DNA from: Nocardioides sp. Root140
Lineage (GTDB): Bacteria; Actinomycetota; Actinomycetes; Propionibacteriales; Nocardioidaceae
Reading direction: 5' to 3'
Length of the DNA: 32,000 bases
Assembly: GCF_001426745.1 (NCBI RefSeq)
Contig: NZ_LMFI01000015.1
Location: 62,835-94,834, forward strand
In this document: one piece after another, positions 1 to 7,230 of the stretch
How positions within the stretch are numbered: the stretch's first letter is position 1
Layout: every line of letters begins with the position of its first letter
The notes under the pieces: model-generated
The model's input: the letters and a program-made list of their open reading frames with translations, nothing else
Database searches by the model: none
What the model was told of the DNA's origin: nothing
Translations under genes and position numbers: made by a program

Positions 1-104
1 TGCCGACGGCGGGGCTCGAGAAGGTCAACAAGACCCTCGTCGACCAGGGTCTGGTGGACGACGACTTCTCCATCCTCGACCACACCTACGTCCCGGAGAA
101 GTGA
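1..104 (+). CDS. ABC transporter substrate-binding protein, C-terminal fragment (5' end outside window); probably the NMT1/THI5-like partner of the NitT/TauT-type permeases
   Basis: Frame 3 is open from the window edge (...LEKVNKTLVDQGLVDDDFSILDHTYVPEK*). Stop TGA 102-104 overlaps the GTG start (101) of the next permease gene. It lies directly upstream of 2 permeases and an ATPase. Confidence 0.55.
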   Translation, partial: PTAGLEKVNKTLVDQGLVDDDFSILDHTYVPEK

Positions 105-898
105 CCTCGATGGACACGGGTGAGCCCCTCGGCACGTGGCAGCAGGTCGGCTACGGCGCCCTGGGCGTGGTCGGCACCGGCGCCCTCGCCGAGCTGCTGG
201 TCCGCAAGGACATCATCACGACGCCGGGCTTCCCGGTTCCCAGCGACGTGATCTCGAAGCTGGGCACCCTCCTGGGCGACTCGATCTTCTGGACCGAGAT
301 CGGCTTCACGTTCCGGGAGTGGCTCCTCGCCCTGGTCATGGCCACGGTGGTGGGTGTCGTGCTCGGTGGCCTGATGGGTGCCTTCACCAAGGTCTTCATC
401 GCCTTCGAGCTCCCGGTGGAGGTCTTCCGGGTGCTGCCGTCGGTGGCACTCGGCCCGATCCTGATGCTGGTCATTGGCACCGGCATGCTGCCGCTCTCGC
501 TCACCGTCGCACTCGCCTGTGTCTGGCCGATCCTGCTCAACACCATGTACGGCGTCCGCGCGACCGACCCGACAGCAGTCCAGTCCGGTCGGAGCTTCGG
601 GCTCTCGAACCTCGGGATCTTCTTCCGGATCAAGCTGCCCAGCGCCATGCCGTTCGCCTTCACCGGTCTGCGGGTCGCCGCCTCCATCGGCCTCATCGTG
701 GCGGTCAGCTCCGAGCTCCTGATCGGGAACGGCCGCGGGATCGGTGGGTTCATCCTGGTCCGCACCTCGCAGGCCAGTGACCTCGACCTGGTCTACGCCG
801 CCACCCTCATGGCCGGCCTGATGGGCATCGCGATCAGCATGCTGCTCACCGTGGTCGACGCGAAGGTCTTCGGCTGGAAGAAGGGACTCGCCCAATGA
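101..898 (+). CDS. ABC transporter permease (NitT/TauT nitrate/sulfonate/taurine-type family)
   Basis: 265-aa hydrophobic ORF with multiple TM segments. It has a binding-protein-dependent permease signature region (SELLIGNGRGIGGFI). GC3-rich codons. GTGA overlap upstream and ATGA overlap downstream. Confidence 0.85.
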   Translation: MTSMDTGEPLGTWQQVGYGALGVVGTGALAELLVRKDIITTPGFPVPSDVISKLGTLLGDSIFWTEIGFTFREWLLALVMATVVGVVLGGLMGAFTKVFIAFELPVEVFRVLPSVALGPILMLVIGTGMLPLSLTVALACVWPILLNTMYGVRATDPTAVQSGRSFGLSNLGIFFRIKLPSAMPFAFTGLRVAASIGLIVAVSSELLIGNGRGIGGFILVRTSQASDLDLVYAATLMAGLMGIAISMLLTVVDAKVFGWKKGLAQ

Positions 899-1773
899 GC
901 ATCACCACGACCCACGAGCGACGTCCGCTCGTGCCGGGAAGGAGGGCCGCGTCGAGCGAGCGCTCACGGCGACTGCAACGCGTCGCCACCACGACCGGAC
1001 TCCGGCTGATCGTCCCCGCGCTGATCCTCGCCGCCTGGTGGGCCGGGTCGCGTGCCGAGACCGCAGGCCTGTTCGTGGCCGACCCGTTCGAGACCTTCAC
1101 CCGCGTGCGCACCGACTTCCTCGCCGCAGGCGAAGGGCATGCGTTCCTTGGTGACGCCACCTGGGACCACCTCTTCCCCGGCGTCTGGCGGGCCCTCCAG
1201 GGTCTCGGCCTGGCCGTCGTGGTCGGCGTCGGGATCGGCATCGCGCTCGGACGCAACCGGATCCTGATGGCGCTGTTCCAGCCGCTGATCCACCTCGGTC
1301 GGTCGCTGCCGAGCCCGGCCCTGGTCGGTGTCTTCTTCTTCGTCTTCGGCACCGGAGACAGCCCCAAGGTCTTCCTGATCGCGTTCAGCGTCGTCTGGCC
1401 GATCCTCTTCAACACGATCGACGGCGTCTCCAGCATCGGCGCAGCGCGCATGCAGGCCGCGGCCGTCTTCAAGATCAACCGCTGGGACCGGCTCGTGCAC
1501 ATCGTGCTGCCCGGTGCGGCTCCCAAGATCTTCGCCGGCATGCGTACGGCGATGTCCCTCTCGCTGATCATCATGATCATCTCGGAGCTGCAGAAGTCGC
1601 AGAACGGCCTGGGCTACCTCCTGATCCAGAGCCAACGAAACTTCGACTACACCGGCTTCTGGGCGGTCCTTGTCGTGCTGGCGATTCTCGGCGTCGTCAT
1701 GAACATCATCTTCACCATCATCGAACGCCGGGTCCTGGCCTGGCACCGAGGAGCGACGCAACAACATGACTGA
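895..1773 (+). CDS. ABC transporter permease (second membrane subunit, NitT/TauT-type)
   Basis: 292-aa ORF paralogous in layout to the previous permease (ISELQKSQNGLGYLL loop). ATGA overlap with the upstream gene and an 8-nt overlap (ATGACTGA) with the ATPase gene. Confidence 0.85.
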   Translation: MSITTTHERRPLVPGRRAASSERSRRLQRVATTTGLRLIVPALILAAWWAGSRAETAGLFVADPFETFTRVRTDFLAAGEGHAFLGDATWDHLFPGVWRALQGLGLAVVVGVGIGIALGRNRILMALFQPLIHLGRSLPSPALVGVFFFVFGTGDSPKVFLIAFSVVWPILFNTIDGVSSIGAARMQAAAVFKINRWDRLVHIVLPGAAPKIFAGMRTAMSLSLIIMIISELQKSQNGLGYLLIQSQRNFDYTGFWAVLVVLAILGVVMNIIFTIIERRVLAWHRGATQQHD

Positions 1774-2569
1774 GACACTTGAGATTGTGAACACGAAGGC
1801 CGAGCTGGTCCTCGACGGCGTCTCGAAGAGCTACGGGGCCAATCTGGCTGTCCGCAGCATCAGCGCCGAGGTGCCGGCCGGGAAGGTCAGTGTCATCGTC
1901 GGCCCGTCCGGCTGCGGCAAGTCGACGCTGTTGCGCATCATCAGCGGGCTGGACACCCCGACCGAGGGCTCGGTGACCTTCGAGGGCAGCCCGGTGACCG
2001 GTGTGCCCGAGGGGCTGGCCATGGTCTTCCAGGACTACTCGCGCTCACTCTTCCCGTGGATGCGGGTCGCGAAGAACGTGGCCTTCCCCCTGCGGCACCT
2101 GAAGCCCGCCGAGCGTGCGGAACGGGTCCAGGAGGCCATCGACGCGGTCGGGCTCGCCGGCAAGGAACACCTCTACCCGTGGGAGATGTCCGGCGGGATG
2201 CAGCAGCGGGTGGCCATCGCCCGGGCCCTGGCCAGCCATCCCAAGCTCCTGCTGATGGACGAGCCCTACGCCTCCGTCGACGCGCAGACCCGCGCGGACC
2301 TCGAGGACCTGCTGCTCGCGATCCAGGCCCGGCTCGGCATCACCGTGCTCGTGGTCACCCACGACATCGACGAGAGCGTCTATCTCGCCGACCACGTCAT
2401 CGTGCTCTCCGCACCGCCGAGTGTGGTGGCCGAGACGATCGAGGTGGACCTGCCCCGGCCGCGCGACCACGTCACGACCAAGACCGACCCGCGCTTCGTC
2501 GAGATCCGGGGCCACGTGACCCGGCTGTTGCGAGGGGCTGGCCGACCGGCCGACGACGGAACCCACTGA
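1766..2569 (+). CDS. ABC transporter ATP-binding protein
   Basis: Walker A GPSGCGKST, signature MSGGMQQRVAIARAL, Walker B LLLMDEP, H-loop VTHD. 267 aa. Confidence 0.95.
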   Translation: MTETLEIVNTKAELVLDGVSKSYGANLAVRSISAEVPAGKVSVIVGPSGCGKSTLLRIISGLDTPTEGSVTFEGSPVTGVPEGLAMVFQDYSRSLFPWMRVAKNVAFPLRHLKPAERAERVQEAIDAVGLAGKEHLYPWEMSGGMQQRVAIARALASHPKLLLMDEPYASVDAQTRADLEDLLLAIQARLGITVLVVTHDIDESVYLADHVIVLSAPPSVVAETIEVDLPRPRDHVTTKTDPRFVEIRGHVTRLLRGAGRPADDGTH

Positions 2570-2570
2570 C

Positions 2571-3512
2571 GTGCGGGCCCAGGCGCTGGGCGCCGGCCTG
2601 GTTGCCCAGACCCAGTCGAGCATCCCGCCGTTCGAGCTCCACCGCCCCGGCTCCGTGGCCGAGGTGGTGGCGCTGCTCGCCGTACACCCCGAGGCCGTGA
2701 TCGCCGCCGGCTGCACGGACCTCACTGCACAGCTGCGGGAGGGCCGCGTCCCCCGTGACCTCATCTCCGTACGTCGAGTGCCGGACCTGCAGCAGGTCCG
2801 GCACGACGGGGGAGTGCTGCGCATCGGCGCGGGGCTGACCCATCACGAGGGCAGCCGTCACCCGCTGCTGCAGGCGACCCTGCCGTCGCTCGCCGCGGCC
2901 TGGGCCGACATCGCCACTGTACGCATCCGCTACTCCGCCACGATCGGGGGCAACCTGCTGGCCCGCCGGTTCCGCTACGAGATGCCGGTCCTCCTCGGGG
3001 CGCTCGAGGCCGACCTCGAGCTCGCCGGCGCAACGGAGCCCCGTCGCCCGGTCGACTGGCTGTGGGGCGGTGGCGACCACGACGGTGGCGACCACGACGG
3101 GTCAGAGCGCGACGGGGCCGGCGCGGGAGCCTGGCGCACGCGGGGACTGCTCACCGGGGTCGCGATCGACACGTCCGACCTGCTCTGGTTCGGCTACGAG
3201 CGATCGATGCGACCGACGACCACCGTTGCCCTGGCCATCCGGGTCGTCGACGGCTCCCTGCGCGTCACCGCCACCATCGGCTCGGAGTACCGCCGTCCCG
3301 TCACCGTCTCGACCACCGCCGACGTCGCACACCCGACCGATCTCGACCCCGGTTCAGTGGGGCGGGCGGTCGCCTCCCGGCTCCCCGACGACATCGAGGA
3401 CCGGGCCGGTTCCGCGGAGTACCGCCGCCACCTGGTCGCCGTACTGGTCGGGCGACTGGTCGCCACGGCCCGCGACAGCGGCGCGCAGGCACCCGAAGGA
3501 GTCACCGCATGA
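2571..3512 (+). CDS. Molybdenum hydroxylase (xanthine dehydrogenase/CO dehydrogenase family) FAD-binding medium subunit, CoxM/QorM-like
   Basis: 313 aa. The N-terminus IPPFELHRPGSVAEVVALL...AGCTDL is typical of the FAD-binding medium subunit, and the C-terminal SAEYRRHL-type region fits too. The GTG start lies 1 nt after the ATPase stop. The exact start is uncertain. Carries a GGDHDGGDHDG insertion. Confidence 0.85.
   Translation: MRAQALGAGLVAQTQSSIPPFELHRPGSVAEVVALLAVHPEAVIAAGCTDLTAQLREGRVPRDLISVRRVPDLQQVRHDGGVLRIGAGLTHHEGSRHPLLQATLPSLAAAWADIATVRIRYSATIGGNLLARRFRYEMPVLLGALEADLELAGATEPRRPVDWLWGGGDHDGGDHDGSERDGAGAGAWRTRGLLTGVAIDTSDLLWFGYERSMRPTTTVALAIRVVDGSLRVTATIGSEYRRPVTVSTTADVAHPTDLDPGSVGRAVASRLPDDIEDRAGSAEYRRHLVAVLVGRLVATARDSGAQAPEGVTA
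3069..3098 (+). repeat. Perfect 15-bp tandem duplication (GGTGGCGACCACGAC x2) inside the FAD-subunit gene
   Basis: Read directly: 3069-3083 is identical to 3084-3098. It is in frame and encodes GGDHD-GGDHD. Confidence 0.95.
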
Positions 3513-3994
3513 ACGAGACCACCATCGACTTCCGGCTCAACGGCACACCGACGGAAGTCACCGTTCCCACGAACCGGCTCCTTGCCGACCTGCTTCGCGA
3601 GGACCTGCGCTGCCACGGCGTGCGGAGCTCCTGCGAGCGCGGCGTCTGTGGAGCCTGCACGGTGCTGGTCGACGACCTGCCCGTCGCGTCGTGCTCGACC
3701 TTCGCGTTCGACGTCGACGGGGCCTCCGTGGAGACCGTCGAGGGACTCGCCGCCGCCGACGGCTCCCTGTCGCCGCAGCAGCAGGCCTTCGCCGAGTGCG
3801 GCGGGTTCCAGTGCGGCTTCTGCACCTCGGGGATGTTGATGCTGACCACCGGGTTGCTGCGCCAGAACCCGTGTCCGAAGCGCGCGGACATCCGGTCGTG
3901 GATCAGCTCGAACACGTGTCGCTGCACGGGCTACGAGATGATCCTCGAGTCGGTGGAGCGGGCCGCCGAGCTGGGCGACGGGGGCGCACGATGA
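3509..3994 (+). CDS. Molybdenum hydroxylase small subunit, (2Fe-2S)-binding, CoxS/QorS-like
   Basis: 161 aa starting MNETTIDFRLNG. First cluster CERGVCGACTV...C. Second cluster CGFCTSGM...CRCTGY. ATGA overlaps at both ends. Confidence 0.95.
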   Translation: MNETTIDFRLNGTPTEVTVPTNRLLADLLREDLRCHGVRSSCERGVCGACTVLVDDLPVASCSTFAFDVDGASVETVEGLAAADGSLSPQQQAFAECGGFQCGFCTSGMLMLTTGLLRQNPCPKRADIRSWISSNTCRCTGYEMILESVERAAELGDGGAR

Positions 3995-6342
3995 CCCTGA
4001 CGCAACCGTCCACCGACGCCGGCCCGGTGCTCCACGAGCTGCCGACCGCCCCGTCCGCCCACCGGGTCGTGGGCCGCGACGGTGCCCGCGCCGACGCGCC
4101 CCTCAAGGTGACCGGCAAGGCCGTCTACACCACGGATGTCGTGCGCCCGGGCATGCTGCACGCCAAGGTGCTGCGCAGCCCGCACGCCCACGCACGCATC
4201 GTGTCGATCGACGCGGCGAGAGCCAGGACGGTGCCGGGAGTCACGGCGGTGCTCACCCAGGACGACGTGCGCCACCTCAACCCCTACGGCACCTTCGTCA
4301 AGGACCAACCCGTCGTCGCGATCGACCACGTCCGGTACGTCGGCGACGTCGTGGCCGCGGTCGCCGCGGTCGACGAACGCACTGCGCTCGCGGCCCTCGA
4401 CCTGATCGAGGTGGTCTACGAGGTGCTGCCCCACGTCACCGAGCTCGACGAGGCCCTCGACCCGGCGGGCGTGGAGATCTGGCCCGAGGCACCGGTCGGG
4501 ATGGTTCCCGACTACGGCCAGGGCGCCTCCGGCGAGCTGCGCACCCAGCACAACGTGAGCTACACGTTCCGCTACACCACGGGTTCGCCCGACGTGTGGG
4601 ACCAGTGCGACCACATCTTCGAGGACACGTTCACCTTCTCGCGGATGAACCACATGCACCTCGAGCCCTTCGTCGCCGTGGCCGAGGCGACCGACGACGC
4701 GATCGAGATCTGGAGCTCCACCCAGTCCCCGTTCCCGCTGCGCAAGGAGCTGGCCTGGACGTTCGGGCTGCCGGAGAACCGGATCCGCGTGCAGACGATG
4801 CTGCTCGGCGGCGGCTTCGGCGCGAAGAACGGGTTGAAGGCCGACCCGGTCGCCGTACGCCTCTCGCAGCTCAGCGGCGGCCGCCCGGTGCGCTACGCCA
4901 TGACGACCGAGGAGGTCTTCCTCACGGTCTCGCAGCACGCGGCGCGCCTCGTCTACCGAACCGGCGTGATGGCCGATGGCACGTTCGTGGCGCGCAGGGC
5001 GCGCGTGCTCCTCAACGGTGGCGCCTACACCGAGCTCAGCCCGCTCGTGTGCGAGAAGGCGGGCTACCGCACCCCGGGCGCCTATCGCTGGCAGCACATC
5101 GACTCCCAGGCGTCGGTGGTCACCACGAACACCGTCCCCGCCGGCGCGTTCCGCGGCTTCGGCGGCACCCAGGCCACCTGGGCCAGCGAGCGGCAGCTCG
5201 ACCTGATCGCCGAGCGGCTGGGCATCGACCCGTTCGACCTGCGGATGAAGAACCTCAAGGAGCTGGGTGAGGAGTTCGTCCCCGGCGAGGCACCGATCGA
5301 CTCGGACCTGCGCGAGGGACTGCGGCTCGTCGCCGACGAGATCGGCTACCCCGACCGGGTGCAGGTGCCCGGCCGCGGCATGGGTGTCTGCATCGGCATC
5401 AAGGACGGTGGCGGCGTGAACAAGCCGGCCCAGGCCAGGGTCAAGGTCTCCACCAAGGGAGACGTCTTCCTCTCCAGTGGTCTCACGGAGATGGGGCAGG
5501 GCAGCCAGTCCGCGCTCTGCCAGATCGTGGCCGAGGTCCTCGGCTGTGCTCCCGGGCGGGTCGCGTTCGCGCGGATCGACACCGACAACACGCCGTTCGA
5601 CCAGGGCACCAACGCGTCGTCGGGCATCGCGGTCATGGGCCAGGCGGTGCAGCAGGCCGCGGAGAAGGTGCGCCGAGAGGTGCTCTCGTGGGCCGGCGGC
5701 CAGCTCGATCTCGACCCCGGGTCCCTGGCCCTGCGGGACTGGGTCGTGGTCGGTCCGGACGGCGCGGAGCACCCGCTCGCGCCCTTGGTGATGGGCACCT
5801 TCGGCGGCACCGGCTTCGAGTTCACCGCCGACGGGTTCTTCAAGTCCGGCAACTCCCACCTCGCGCCGCTGGAGGCGCCCTGTGTCTTCTGGGAGATCGG
5901 CTGGGCGGCCGCCGAGGTCGAGGTCGACCCCGAGACCGGCAAGGTGACCGTGCTGCAGCTGGTCGTGAGCGGCGATGCCGGCAAGGTGATCAACAAGCTC
6001 GGGTGCCGCGGCCAGGACGAGGGCGCAGCCGTCTTCGGGCTCGGCCAGTCACTCTTCGAGGAGCTCCGCTACGACGGGGACCGGCCGGTCAACGCCGAGG
6101 CGCTGGACTATCGCGTGCCGCTGGCGGAGGACCTCCCGGAGCGCTTCTGGTCCCTGACCCAGGAACAGGGCCACGGCGCCGGTCCGTTCGGCGCCAAGGG
6201 CATGGGGGAGGGGACGATGCTCCCCGTCGCTCCGGTGATCGCACAGGCGATCGCGGATGCGGTCGGCGCACAGCTCACCGACCTGCCGATGTCACCCGAA
6301 CGGGTCTTCCGGGCCCTGCACCCGCGGATCGAGTCGTCGTGA
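3991..6342 (+). CDS. Molybdenum hydroxylase large (molybdopterin-binding) subunit, xanthine dehydrogenase/aldehyde oxidase family
   Basis: 783 aa from ATG 3991 (MTLTQPST...). Motifs: VTGKAVYTTD, LLGGGFGAKNG, FRGFGG, and a C-terminal FGAKGMGEG with a catalytic-type Glu. No CO-dehydrogenase VAYRCSFR-type loop was seen. Confidence 0.93.
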   Translation: MTLTQPSTDAGPVLHELPTAPSAHRVVGRDGARADAPLKVTGKAVYTTDVVRPGMLHAKVLRSPHAHARIVSIDAARARTVPGVTAVLTQDDVRHLNPYGTFVKDQPVVAIDHVRYVGDVVAAVAAVDERTALAALDLIEVVYEVLPHVTELDEALDPAGVEIWPEAPVGMVPDYGQGASGELRTQHNVSYTFRYTTGSPDVWDQCDHIFEDTFTFSRMNHMHLEPFVAVAEATDDAIEIWSSTQSPFPLRKELAWTFGLPENRIRVQTMLLGGGFGAKNGLKADPVAVRLSQLSGGRPVRYAMTTEEVFLTVSQHAARLVYRTGVMADGTFVARRARVLLNGGAYTELSPLVCEKAGYRTPGAYRWQHIDSQASVVTTNTVPAGAFRGFGGTQATWASERQLDLIAERLGIDPFDLRMKNLKELGEEFVPGEAPIDSDLREGLRLVADEIGYPDRVQVPGRGMGVCIGIKDGGGVNKPAQARVKVSTKGDVFLSSGLTEMGQGSQSALCQIVAEVLGCAPGRVAFARIDTDNTPFDQGTNASSGIAVMGQAVQQAAEKVRREVLSWAGGQLDLDPGSLALRDWVVVGPDGAEHPLAPLVMGTFGGTGFEFTADGFFKSGNSHLAPLEAPCVFWEIGWAAAEVEVDPETGKVTVLQLVVSGDAGKVINKLGCRGQDEGAAVFGLGQSLFEELRYDGDRPVNAEALDYRVPLAEDLPERFWSLTQEQGHGAGPFGAKGMGEGTMLPVAPVIAQAIADAVGAQLTDLPMSPERVFRALHPRIESS

Positions 6343-7136
6343 CCGGCGCTGGTCCACTCCGCGTCAGCGTCCTCGGGTACGGCGCGATCGGACAGGTCGT
6401 GGCCGCCGGGCTGCGCGACGGTGCCGTGCCCGGTGCCCGACTGGTCGGGGTCGTCAACCGGAGTCCGCTGCCCGGTGCTCCCGGGCTCCAGATCTCCCTC
6501 GCCCAGGCGATCGAAGGCAGCGACGTCGTCGTGGAGGCTGCCGGACAGGAGGCGCTCCGCAGCTTCGGCCCCGAGGTGGTGGCCGCCGGACGGACGCTGG
6601 TCGTCTCCTCCGTCGGGGCGCTGGCCGATCCCGCCGTCGCCGAGCGGCTGCTGGCCGGACCGGGCCGGGTGCTCTGCACCCACGGCGCGGTCGGGGGCCT
6701 GGACCTGCTGGCCTCGGCCAGCGATGCGGCGCCGTTCGACGGTGTCCGGGTGCGCACCACGAAGGGACCGAAGTCGCTGGTGCAGTCGTGGATGCCCGAG
6801 TCGCAGCAGCAGGAGATCCTGACAGCAACCGGCCCGCACCTGGTCTTCGCCGGCACGCCGCGCGAGGCTGCCCGGGCCTTTCCCACCCTGCTCAACGTGG
6901 CGGTGTCGGTGGCGCTCTCGGTGGGCGCGCGCACGGACGTCTCCGTCGAGCTGTACGCCGACCGCACGGCCGAGCTGACCCGCCACGAGATCGAGGCGTG
7001 GGGTCCGGTGGGCCGTTACAGCTGGTGCATCGAGAACCGTCCCAGCGCGGACAACCCACGCACCAGTGCCGTGGTGCCCTACTCGATCCTGCGCACCGTC
7101 TCCGGGCTGACCGAGCGTCCACCGCTGATCGCCTGA
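6339..7136 (+). CDS. Aspartate dehydrogenase family protein (NadX-like / DUF108 domain)
   Basis: 265 aa from GTG 6339, with a GTGA overlap onto the large-subunit stop. Rossmann start VLGYGAIGQ. GAVGGLD, TKGPKSL, FPTLLNVAVSVAL, HEIEAWGPVGRYSWCIENRPSADNPRTSAVVPYSILR match the NadX architecture, including the conserved His. Confidence 0.85.
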   Translation: MTGAGPLRVSVLGYGAIGQVVAAGLRDGAVPGARLVGVVNRSPLPGAPGLQISLAQAIEGSDVVVEAAGQEALRSFGPEVVAAGRTLVVSSVGALADPAVAERLLAGPGRVLCTHGAVGGLDLLASASDAAPFDGVRVRTTKGPKSLVQSWMPESQQQEILTATGPHLVFAGTPREAARAFPTLLNVAVSVALSVGARTDVSVELYADRTAELTRHEIEAWGPVGRYSWCIENRPSADNPRTSAVVPYSILRTVSGLTERPPLIA

Positions 7137-7178
7137 CCCCTCGGATCCGAGAACGTCCGAGAAGGTTCGGAAAAAGCC

Positions 7179-7224
7179 TTGACACCTAATATCTTAGCGC
7201 TCAAACTCTTTGTAGTTAAACAAA
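7179..7224 (+). promoter_or_regulatory. Candidate promoter (TTGACA-17 nt-CAAACT) plus an overlapping inverted repeat TTTGTAGTTAAACAAA upstream of the aldehyde dehydrogenase operon
   Basis: Located in the only AT-rich stretch between the two long operons. TTGACA at 7179-7184, CAAACT at 7202-7207, TAATAT at 7188-7193. TTTGT...ACAAA arms at 7209-7224. Confidence 0.4.
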
Positions 7225-7230
7225 TCTGAC

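Noticed and set aside
3931-5859. Long antisense ORFs (this 642-aa one; also 7216-8736, 10826-12286, 14048-15913, 16599-17666 and 27407-28369 on the minus strand, and others)
   Set aside because: These are shadow ORFs opposite well-supported genes. Their composition is dominated by Arg/Gly/Asp/Val/His with no motifs, which is expected in high-GC DNA where stop codons are rare.
3070-6342. A 1090-aa ORF suggesting one giant fused hydroxylase protein
   Set aside because: The first ~307 codons are an out-of-frame read-through across the coxM-like and coxS-like genes, with Arg/Pro-rich nonsense typical of GC-rich off-frames. A clean ATG at 3991 overlaps the small-subunit stop and starts a normal 783-aa large subunit.
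5688-7136. A 482-aa version of the aspartate-dehydrogenase-like ORF
   Set aside because: The upstream 217 codons overlap the large-subunit gene in another frame and are Arg/Gly-rich junk. Homology to NadX begins right after GTG 6339.
7179-7193. Consensus TTGACA and consensus TAATAT as a single perfect promoter
   Set aside because: They are only 3 nt apart, so they cannot be the -35 and -10 of the same promoter. Each would need a weaker partner, so the promoter call is kept at low confidence.
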